Source of the DNA: a bacterium
GTDB lineage: Bacteria > UBA8248
Length of the DNA stretch: 64,000 nt
Direction: 5' to 3'
Assembly (NCBI GenBank): GCA_965204535.1
Contig: CBDBEV010000001.1
Coordinates: forward strand, 1,280,001 to 1,344,000
The notes below the pieces were generated by a model. It was not told where the DNA came from, did not search any database, and saw only the letters and a list, made by a program, of their open reading frames with translations. Below, piece by piece: positions 51,178-64,000 of this stretch (positions are counted from its first letter, which is position 1; each line of letters begins with the position of its first letter). The translations under genes were made by a program, and so were the position numbers.

Positions 51178-53055
51178 ATGAGAAAAGAATCCCGAATACG
51201 CATACTTCCCGAATCGCTCGCGAACCAGATCGCCGCGGGCGAGGTGGTGCAGCGCCCCGCCTCCGTCCTCAAGGAGTTGGTGGAGAACAGCATCGACGCG
51301 GGCGCCGAGCGGGTGGAAATCGACCTGGAATCGGGCGGCGCGGCGCGCGTTCAGGTGGTCGACGACGGGCACGGCATGAGCGAGGACGACGCGCTCTTGT
51401 GCCTGGAGCGCCACGCGACGAGCAAGATAGCCACGGATTGGGACCTGGGCCGCATCGCCACGCTGGGTTTCCGGGGCGAGGCGCTGCCGAGTATCGCCGC
51501 GGTCTCGAAGATGGCCATCACCACCAGAAGGCCGGAGGACGCTCTGGGAACGGAAGTACGCATGGAGGGCGGCAAGCTCCAGCGCGTCACCGAGATGGGC
51601 GCCGCGCCCGGCGCGAGGGTCGAGGTGCGCTCGTTGTTTTTCAACGTGCCGGCGAGGCGCAAGTTCCTGAAACGTAAAGAGACCGAGCTCGCCCGCTGCC
51701 TGGAAGTGGCGAATCAGGCGGCCATGGCGAACCCGAACGTCTCGTTCGTCCTGCGCCACGGGAAGAGGACGCTGCTCGACCTCGACGCCTCGGGAGGGCT
51801 CATGGCGCGCGCGGCGCAACTCGTGGGCGAGGCGGCGGCCTCCCATCTGCTCAAGATTCCCCGCGCCGCGTCTGGGAACATGACGTTCAGCGGCTGGGCG
51901 GGCGCGCCCGGGCTGAACCGCTCCACGCGCGACGCGCAGTATCTGTTCGTGAACGGACGCCCCATCCGGGACCGTCTTTTCGTCCACGCGGCGTATGCGG
52001 CCTACCGCAGCTTCCTGCCGGTGAAGCGCCACCCCGTCTTCATCCTCTTTCTGGACATGCCGCCCGAGGACGTGGACGTGAACGTCCACCCCGCCAAGCA
52101 GGAGGTGCGCTTCCGCTTCGCGTCGAGCGTCTACGATCTCGTGCGCGACAGCGTCGCCGCCGTGCTGGGCGCGCGGCCCGAAAGAGTGCGGCGCGATTTC
52201 GCCCATCAGGGAGTGAGCCAGGCGGCTCCGGGTGCTGCCGCAGAGGAAGGCGCCGCGCCGGCCCTGCTGGGCGGCGGGGGATATTTTGGCGATCGCGCCG
52301 CCGCCGGGGATTACGGCGCCACCCCGGATGAGTCCGCATCCGGCGCGCAGCGCCCCGAATCGGACCCCGAGGCGATGGACCCCGCTCCGCCTGCGCCCAT
52401 GACCCCGCCCGAATCGACGGCGCCCTCGCCGATCGAGCGCATGCTCGAGCCGCCCCACCCGGCGGACCCGGTGGTTCTTTCCCAATGCCGCTACCTCGGG
52501 CAGTGGGAGGAGTGCTTCTTGTTGTTCGCCTCCTCGCAGGGTCTGGTGCTCGTCGATCAGCACGCCGCGCACGAGCGGGTGCTCTACAACCGCTTCCGCG
52601 ACCAGTTCCGGGAGGGCCGCGTGGACACTCAGGCGTGTCTCGTGCCCGAGGAGATTCGCCTCCGGCCCGAGGAGGCGCTGAGCATCGAGGCGCATCACGA
52701 CGATCTGCTGCGCTCGGGCTTCGAACTAGAGTGCGCGGGCCCCGGCGAATACCGGATTCAGGCCGTGCCCGCGCTTATTGCGGACCGCGATCCCGCAGGC
52801 GCAGTGCGCCAGATCGTGGAGGGTCTGGCGGATATGGAGCAGCCCGTGAGCTTCGCGGATCTTATCGACGGCATCATCGCGAGGATGAGTTGCAAGGGCG
52901 CGGTGAAGGCGGCGCAGGCCATGCGGCCCGAGCAAGTGGCCGCCCTCGTCGAGGAACTCGAGAAAACGCCGGGCAGATGGACCTGTCCGCATGGGCGGCC
53001 CGTCATGCTCGTGATGGGCGCAGACCCCGTGAGAAGGCGCTTTTTGCGAAGCTAA
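51178..53055 (+). CDS. mutL: DNA mismatch repair protein MutL
   Basis: NQIAAGEVV, GFRGEAL, DVNVHPAK, DQHAAHER, CPHGRP. Confidence 0.97.
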   Translation: MRKESRIRILPESLANQIAAGEVVQRPASVLKELVENSIDAGAERVEIDLESGGAARVQVVDDGHGMSEDDALLCLERHATSKIATDWDLGRIATLGFRGEALPSIAAVSKMAITTRRPEDALGTEVRMEGGKLQRVTEMGAAPGARVEVRSLFFNVPARRKFLKRKETELARCLEVANQAAMANPNVSFVLRHGKRTLLDLDASGGLMARAAQLVGEAAASHLLKIPRAASGNMTFSGWAGAPGLNRSTRDAQYLFVNGRPIRDRLFVHAAYAAYRSFLPVKRHPVFILFLDMPPEDVDVNVHPAKQEVRFRFASSVYDLVRDSVAAVLGARPERVRRDFAHQGVSQAAPGAAAEEGAAPALLGGGGYFGDRAAAGDYGATPDESASGAQRPESDPEAMDPAPPAPMTPPESTAPSPIERMLEPPHPADPVVLSQCRYLGQWEECFLLFASSQGLVLVDQHAAHERVLYNRFRDQFREGRVDTQACLVPEEIRLRPEEALSIEAHHDDLLRSGFELECAGPGEYRIQAVPALIADRDPAGAVRQIVEGLADMEQPVSFADLIDGIIARMSCKGAVKAAQAMRPEQVAALVEELEKTPGRWTCPHGRPVMLVMGADPVRRRFLRS

Positions 53056-53228
53056 AAGTCGATTTTTCACGCGAAGCCGGTAACGCTCTTGACACCCGCG
53101 CCCGCGCGCAACACAATGGCGAGGCAAGAAAAAGGAGGGCCATCGAGGGAGGCCTCTGATGCCGCATCCTTTTGAAGCAGCCTTTCGGTCCCGATTTCTT
53201 GCAAAAGCCATCGCCCGTCGGTGGCTGA

Positions 53229-54854
<1,626 letters not shown>

Positions 54855-55091
54855 CAGATAGAGCGTCATCCGGTGCGGCGCCCGTCGGCGCCGCGGCGGG
54901 TGGGGATAGGCGCCCGCTCCGCGTGGGCGCTTCGTCCGGCGCCCGCAAGGACGGCCGCGCCGGTTTTCGAGGGATGCGGGGTCCAGGTTCATTCATCCGG
55001 CGCGTGAAATGCCGGCCGACGGCCCGGCCGGGAGCGGGCCCGAGAGGGGAGGGGGGTGAGGCGGTTCGTTTCGCCTCGGCCTGAACAGAAG

Positions 55092-56621
55092 ATGCGCGAT
55101 CAGATACTCATCCTCGATTTCGGCTCGCAGTACACGCAACTCATCGCCCGGCGCGTGCGGGAGTTGAACGTGTATTGCGAGATACAGCCCTGCACACGCG
55201 ACTGGCGCGAGATTACGGGTCCGCACACCAAGGGCGTCATCCTCTCGGGCGGGCCGAGCAGCGTGTACGATAACGGCTCTCCCTCGGTCGACCCCTCGCT
55301 GTTCGAGAGCGATTTCCCCATCCTGGGGATTTGCTACGGCATGCAGCTCATGACCCACCTTCTCGGCGGAAAAGTCGGTCCTTACGCCAAGAGGGAATTC
55401 GGACGCGCCGAAGTGGTGATTGAGGATCCCGTCGGCATCTTTCTCGGTTCTCAGGGCAACGAGACCGTCTGGATGAGCCACGGGGACACGATAGAAGCGC
55501 CGCCGCCCGGCTACAGGTCGCTCGCGCGCTCGGAGGGTTCCCCCGTGGCGGCGATGATGTCCGAAGACGGGCGGCGCTACGGCATCCAGTTTCACCCCGA
55601 AGTGGCGCATACCCCGCGCGGCAAGGAGATTCTCCATAACTTCGTGCACCGGATTTGCGGGTGCGCGGGCGATTGGACGATGCACTCCTTCATCGAGGAG
55701 GCGGTCGGGCGCATCAGGAGCCAAGTCGGGGACAGGCGCGTGGTGTGCGGCCTCTCGGGCGGCGTCGATTCCTCCGTCACGGCGATGCTCGTCAAGGAGG
55801 CGATAGGCGAGCGGCTCACCTGCATCTTCGTGGACAACGGCCTGCTCCGAAAGGACGAGGCCGAGCAAGTGGTCGCGACCTTCGGCGAAAGGCTCAAACT
55901 CGTGCACGTGGACGCGAGCGGGGAGTTTCTGAGCGCGCTGCGCGGCGTGACGCACCCCGAAGCCAAGAGAAAGAGAATCGGCGAGATATTCATCCGCGTG
56001 TTCGAGCGCGAGGCGGGGCGGCTGGGCGACGTGAAGTTCCTCGCCCAGGGGACGCTCTACCCCGACGTCATCGAGAGCGTCTCGTTCAAGGGTCCCTCGG
56101 CGACCATCAAGAGCCACCACAACGTGGGCGGGCTGCCCAAATGGATGCGGCTCGCGCTCATCGAGCCCCTGCGCGAGTTGTTCAAGGACGAGGTGCGCGA
56201 GGCGGGCCAGGAGTTGGGACTGCCCCGCGAGATGCTCTGGCGGCACCCCTTCCCGGGGCCGGGGCTGGCCGTGCGCGTCCTGGGCGAGGTGACGGAAAAA
56301 CGCGTGAAGACCTTACAGGATGCGGACGCCATTTTCATCGATACGCTCCGCAAGCACGATCACTACTACAAGGTATGGCAGGCGTTCGCCGTATTGCTGC
56401 CCGTCAACACCGTGGGCGTGATGGGCGATGCGAGAACGTATGAGAACGCCCTCGCGCTGCGGGCCGTCACCAGCCAGGACGGGATGACGGCGGACTGGGC
56501 GAGGCTTCCTCCCGATTTGCTCGCCGAGGCCTCCTCGCGCATCATCAACGAGGTGCGCGGCGTGAACCGCGTGGTCTACGACGTCTCCTCCAAGCCGCCG
56601 GGCACGATCGAGTGGGAGTAG
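55092..56621 (+). CDS. guaA: GMP synthase
   Basis: [29 protein letters not shown]. Confidence 0.98.
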   Translation: MRDQILILDFGSQYTQLIARRVRELNVYCEIQPCTRDWREITGPHTKGVILSGGPSSVYDNGSPSVDPSLFESDFPILGICYGMQLMTHLLGGKVGPYAKREFGRAEVVIEDPVGIFLGSQGNETVWMSHGDTIEAPPPGYRSLARSEGSPVAAMMSEDGRRYGIQFHPEVAHTPRGKEILHNFVHRICGCAGDWTMHSFIEEAVGRIRSQVGDRRVVCGLSGGVDSSVTAMLVKEAIGERLTCIFVDNGLLRKDEAEQVVATFGERLKLVHVDASGEFLSALRGVTHPEAKRKRIGEIFIRVFEREAGRLGDVKFLAQGTLYPDVIESVSFKGPSATIKSHHNVGGLPKWMRLALIEPLRELFKDEVREAGQELGLPREMLWRHPFPGPGLAVRVLGEVTEKRVKTLQDADAIFIDTLRKHDHYYKVWQAFAVLLPVNTVGVMGDARTYENALALRAVTSQDGMTADWARLPPDLLAEASSRIINEVRGVNRVVYDVSSKPPGTIEWE

Positions 56622-56657
56622 AATAAGACAAGAAAAGTCAATGGATTAAGCAGAAAT

Positions 56658-57407
56658 TCACTTTTTCTTCCTCTCCACCAGCCATATCTTGTCGACATCC
56701 AGGATGGAGATTCTTTCGCCGGCGGCCTCTTCGTCGCCGGGCCGGTATATTCCGAACTTGAAATGCGGCTCTCCGCATGACTCAACAGCAAAATCTCCCT
56801 CGTCTACGATCTTTTCTGCATTGAAATACAGGCTGTAATACGATTCCGTTAAATAAACCTCAAGCTTCACGTCTATCCATTTCCCCAGAACCTCATCGAT
56901 GTGGACCTTTCTCGTAAAACGCTCGTTCGAGATTTTGCTTATCAGGCGGCCGGTCGAAAATTTGAACATCAAGGGAGGGCCGACTCTGCAACCTTTGACG
57001 CTTTGGTGCATTTGAAAAAAGTCTTCTCTTTCGTAGGTAAATCCCTTCACGAACCGGACCCTGAAGGTGAGCGTATAGTCCGTATCTTTTTTCAAGGTGG
57101 TCGTCTGTTTTATTTCCGCCCGCTCCCAGTATGGCGCGCCGTGCCTGGCCCCGGCATCGGTGCCGCATCCTCCCACCTGTTTGTTTTTCAGTGTAAAGCG
57201 CAGGAAGGTCTCTTTTCCCTCCGTTACCCATCTTGCGGAAGAGGATTCCGGGAGACCGCAGTTGTCGTAAAACTCGACGTTCCAGTCCTTGTCCTGGTAA
57301 GTCGTTCTTCCGCCCGTGTCGAAATACCCGGCGGATGAAATCCCGTCTGATGAAGTTTTACATCCCGCCAAAAAGACGATAATAATCAGGAGCAGGAATT
57401 TGCGCAT
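56658..57407 (-). CDS. Lipoprotein, polysaccharide lyase-like (heparin lyase I/beta-jelly-roll type)
   Basis: LAGC lipobox; ERAEI, FFQMH, FKFGIYR motifs. Confidence 0.7.
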   Translation of the reverse strand: MRKFLLLIIIVFLAGCKTSSDGISSAGYFDTGGRTTYQDKDWNVEFYDNCGLPESSSARWVTEGKETFLRFTLKNKQVGGCGTDAGARHGAPYWERAEIKQTTTLKKDTDYTLTFRVRFVKGFTYEREDFFQMHQSVKGCRVGPPLMFKFSTGRLISKISNERFTRKVHIDEVLGKWIDVKLEVYLTESYYSLYFNAEKIVDEGDFAVESCGEPHFKFGIYRPGDEEAAGERISILDVDKIWLVERKKK

Positions 57408-57604
57408 TTTTCTCTCTTTTCATCGAGTATCCAGGGTGGGAATACAATCCTGAATTTTACATGTCTTGGATGAAAATGCAAGAAAACGATGGAGTGGTTA
57501 TAGATGTAATGCTTTTATATTCAATTAGTTACAATAAACGTCCCGTTCTTTCCTTTGTGTGACTTGTCGCCGTGTCTAAAGTGTTCCAGAGGAGTCGGCA
57601 GAAT

Positions 57605-57883
57605 ATGTATCGCAAATTCAAGACCTCGCACGCCGTGGTTCCGCTCATTTTCTTGGGTTCGCTTCTCCTGGGAGCGAGCGCCCATGCCCATGAGGCGGAT
57701 TATCCCCACCTGCACATCGCCCAAAGCGGCCACGGGGAGAAAGGCCATGGGCATCGGATGAGCAGGCCCGACGGGCATGAGATGAAACGAACCGACGGGA
57801 CGAAGAAGGTCAGTGGCGCGATGAAGCGCTCCGAGGAGGCGCTTCCCGAGAACTACAAGAACCCGCTGGACGCGGGGAACTGA
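57605..57883 (+). CDS. Small secreted His-rich protein, possibly truncated
   Basis: Signal peptide ending AHA; His/Gly/Met-rich mature part. Confidence 0.5.
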   Translation: MYRKFKTSHAVVPLIFLGSLLLGASAHAHEADYPHLHIAQSGHGEKGHGHRMSRPDGHEMKRTDGTKKVSGAMKRSEEALPENYKNPLDAGN

Positions 57884-57887
57884 AGCC

Positions 57888-58253
57888 TTGCTCATCTGGA
57901 CGCATTTCATTCTGGCCGTTTCGGCGATAGGGCTCGGCGCCGTCAATCTCGCGTCCGCGAAGGGAACGCCCAGGCACCGGGTCATCGGCTGGTGCTGGAT
58001 GGTCGTGATGACCTACGTCACGGTCTCGTCTTTCTGGATACGCGAGCTCAACGACGGCGCGTTCAGCTGGATACACCTGCTGACGGTCTGGACGATGATT
58101 TCCATGGTGGCCGCCATCGTCTCGATACGCCGCGGCAGGGTGAGAACGCACGCGGCGTTCATGACGGGCACGATGATAGGCGCCCTCATTGCGGGCGGGT
58201 TTGCCATGATGCCCGGCCGGTTCATCAGCCACCTGTTCGGGTACGGCGGGTGA
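57888..58253 (+). CDS. DUF2306-like membrane protein
   Basis: KGT..HR..G..W, FSWIHLL, H...M, PGR. Confidence 0.75.
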   Translation: MLIWTHFILAVSAIGLGAVNLASAKGTPRHRVIGWCWMVVMTYVTVSSFWIRELNDGAFSWIHLLTVWTMISMVAAIVSIRRGRVRTHAAFMTGTMIGALIAGGFAMMPGRFISHLFGYGG

Positions 58254-58430
58254 AGTCGCGGGCGGGAATGCGTCTTCCCTCGGTAAGCAGCGGGGGATAT
58301 GGCGGCGGCGGGCTTCAAGCGAGAGGCAGAAAGAAGTAAACTGAAAGGGCTTCACCGTAAGCAGTAAGCCGATAAGAGCAGGCCAGTATTAAAGTACGCC
58401 CCTATTAAAATCCGCCCCCGGGGAATCGAC

Positions 58431-61854
<3,424 letters not shown>

Positions 61855-61862
<8 letters not shown>

Positions 61863-62556
61863 ACCCTCCATCGGAGCCGCCTTCCTGGGGCGGGTGGGGT
61901 TCCACGAGGCCTGGGACTTGCAGAAACGCCTGTGGACCGAGCGTGCCGAGGGCCGCCTCGGGGAGGACGTTTTTCTCTTTCTGGAGCACGACCCGGTGAT
62001 GACGCTGGGCAAGGGGGGCAGCGAGGCGAACGTGCTTCTCAGGCGCTCGCCCGTCGACGGCGCGGAGGTTCCCCTCGTGCGGATCAACCGGGGCGGCGAG
62101 GTGACCTTTCACGGTCCGGGCCAGTTGATGCTCTACGCCATTTGCGACCTGCGCGAGTGGGAGCGCGACGTGCACCTCCACTGCAGGAGGCTCGAGGAAG
62201 TATTTCGGCGCTATCTGGAGAAGAAGGGGTTTCATGCCGAGAGAAGACCGGGGAATCCGGGCCTTTGGGTGAATGACGAGAAAATTCTCGCTTTGGGCGT
62301 CGGCGCGAGACGCTGGGTGACGATGCACGGGGTTTCGTTCAACGCATCGCCGGATCTCAGATATTTCGAGATGATGTACCCATGCGGCGAGGTGGGCGGA
62401 CGCACGACTTCCCTCGAAAAACTCCAGGGAGGTTCGCCGCCGTTGCCCGAACTCGCGGGGGATTTGATCCCCGTTTGCGCGGAAGTGTTCGATGCGCACA
62501 TCACGATGGAAACCGACCCGGCGCGGGTCACAGGAGTTCTCCCCGGTGTTTCATGA
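61855..62556 (+). CDS. lipB: Lipoyl(octanoyl) transferase
   Basis: LEHDPV.TLG, RGGEVTFHGPGQL, K...G, HG.S.N, PCG; TTG start inferred. Confidence 0.92.
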
Positions 62557-63370
62557 ATCCAGAAATTCGAGTCGCGGAAAGTGGGCTTTCGCTGCGAGCC
62601 TGACGGGTGTTTTCCTGTTGCTCGCCGCAGCGCAGGCGTTCGCGGCCACGAGCTTCGCCGAATGGGGCTTTACGACCAAGGCCTGGGATCTCCTGAAGAA
62701 AGGGGGCTATACGATGATCCCCCTGGGGCTGTGCTCGGTCGTCGCGCTCATGGTGACGCTCGAGCGGCTCGTTTCTCTCAGGCGAAAGAAAGTCCTGCCC
62801 GATGCCCTGGTGAGCGCTTCGGAGAGATACTGGCGGGGTGGTGATTTCGAGGGAGCCGCCGGCGTCTGCGAGCGGTTCGACTCACCGCTCGCGCGCGTGC
62901 TCAAGGCGGGGCTGGCGCGGAGGAGGCTGGGGATCGGCGAGATGGAGCGCGCCATGGTCGGCGCGGGCCAGCACGAATCGACCGTCTTGTCGCGCAACCT
63001 CCGCGGTCTGGGCGTCATCGCGAACCTGGCGCCGATGCTGGGCCTTTTCGGCACCGTCGTCGGCATGATTCGCGCCTTTGACGTCATCAGCCGCGCTGGG
63101 ACGGGAAACCCGAATCTCGTGGCGGAGGGGATATCCGAAGCGCTCTTGACGACGGCGGCGGGCCTTATGATCGGCATTCCGGCTCTAGCGGCGTATCACT
63201 TTTTCCGCTCGCGCAGCGGCCGCCTCCTGTTCGAGATGGAATCGGTCGCTCTGGCGCTTTTGCAGAGCCTGGCGGCGCAATCCGGCGAACCCGGCGGGAA
63301 CACGAATGATGCGCTCCAGGACGAGGCGCAAGGACTGGAGAGCGTGAGACCGCAGGGCGAGGATATGTGA
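62546..63370 (+). CDS. MotA/TolQ/ExbB proton channel protein
   Basis: APMLGLFGTVVGMI.AF, GISEALLTTAAGL..GIPA. Confidence 0.92.
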   Translation: MFHESRNSSRGKWAFAASLTGVFLLLAAAQAFAATSFAEWGFTTKAWDLLKKGGYTMIPLGLCSVVALMVTLERLVSLRRKKVLPDALVSASERYWRGGDFEGAAGVCERFDSPLARVLKAGLARRRLGIGEMERAMVGAGQHESTVLSRNLRGLGVIANLAPMLGLFGTVVGMIRAFDVISRAGTGNPNLVAEGISEALLTTAAGLMIGIPALAAYHFFRSRSGRLLFEMESVALALLQSLAAQSGEPGGNTNDALQDEAQGLESVRPQGEDM

Positions 63371-63771
63371 TGCGCTTTCAGGGCGATTCGGAAGAAGACT
63401 ACAGCCTCCAGCTCACCTCGCTCATAGACGTCGTTTTCTTGCTCCTCATCTTTTTCATGGTTTCGACCTCTTTCGTGGATTTCACCCGCAGGCTCGACAT
63501 CGAATTGCCCGAAGCCAAATCGAGCGCCGAGGTGGTGGAGAAAAAATCGTTTCTCATCGAGGTCGGCGTGGAGAAGCGAATCACCCTGAACGGAAAAACG
63601 GTGCTGCTCGATGACCTCGAAAGCCGGTTGAAGGCGGGCGTCGAGAGCGGGAAGTTCAAGCCCTCCCTCACGATCAAGGCGGACAAGCGCCTCGATTACG
63701 GCTATGTGATCAAGGTAATGGGCCTCATCTCCGTGGCGGGCGTTCGGGACATCTCGCTGGCCACGAAATAG
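63370..63771 (+). CDS. ExbD/TolR family protein
   Basis: LTSLIDVVFLLLIFFMV, I.LP.A, IKAD....YG. Confidence 0.92.
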   Translation: MRFQGDSEEDYSLQLTSLIDVVFLLLIFFMVSTSFVDFTRRLDIELPEAKSSAEVVEKKSFLIEVGVEKRITLNGKTVLLDDLESRLKAGVESGKFKPSLTIKADKRLDYGYVIKVMGLISVAGVRDISLATK

Positions 63772-64000
63772 CGCTGAAGCGGGTTTCAAGCGGTCAAGCG
63801 GGGTGTGAAACATCCGGCATGTTTTCATGTGGGAGAAAAGAGTGAACCAAAGGCGGGCCGATTCCACCGTTTCGATGCCGCGTGGGGCCGAAGCCACCAC
63901 GCGCGTTCTACTGCTCAGGCACGGCGCGGCGGAAGGCTCGAAAGAGGGGTTTTTCTACGGCAGCACCGACGCGCCGCTCCTCCCTGAGGGCGAGGAGCAG

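Noticed and set aside
52200-52470. Pro/Ala-rich insertion in MutL
   Set aside because: Matches the normal variable interdomain linker
56580-58430. Integrative island at guaA
   Set aside because: No integrase and no duplicated guaA 3' end seen

Overview
GC-rich Gram-negative bacterial chromosome segment. Housekeeping blocks: LPS/surface-polysaccharide glycosyltransferases with wcaJ-like, kdsB-pyrG-kdsA (1.4-12.1 kb); thrC and a transsulfuration enzyme, MFS, class III aminotransferase, nfeD-SPFH (15.8-23.4 kb); recD2, mazG, a peptide/nickel-type ABC operon, mutL, guaB-guaA, dnaE, lipB, exbBD-like (41.7-63.8 kb). The 23.9-41.7 kb interval is accessory: an AbiL/RloAB-like ATPase-RloB pair, a dense field of REP-like palindromes and MITE-like elements, a 5'-truncated toxin-like ATPase, and the two most striking structures. 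(i) A five-unit tandem array (35530-37927) in which each ~460-560 bp unit has its own sigma70-like promoter, structured leader, small membrane-anchored coiled-coil ORF whose length steps by 7- and 11-residue modules, and terminator; a distant solo relative lies at 29770. (ii) A 3.74 kb IS1595-family element (perfect 23-bp TIRs, 8-bp TSD, doubly frameshifted transposase) inserted in the last unit's terminator, carrying a structured leader RNA and two lipoprotein genes, one a HExxH metalloprotease. No rRNA, tRNA or CRISPR array was recognised. Product calls come from remembered motifs, not database searches.
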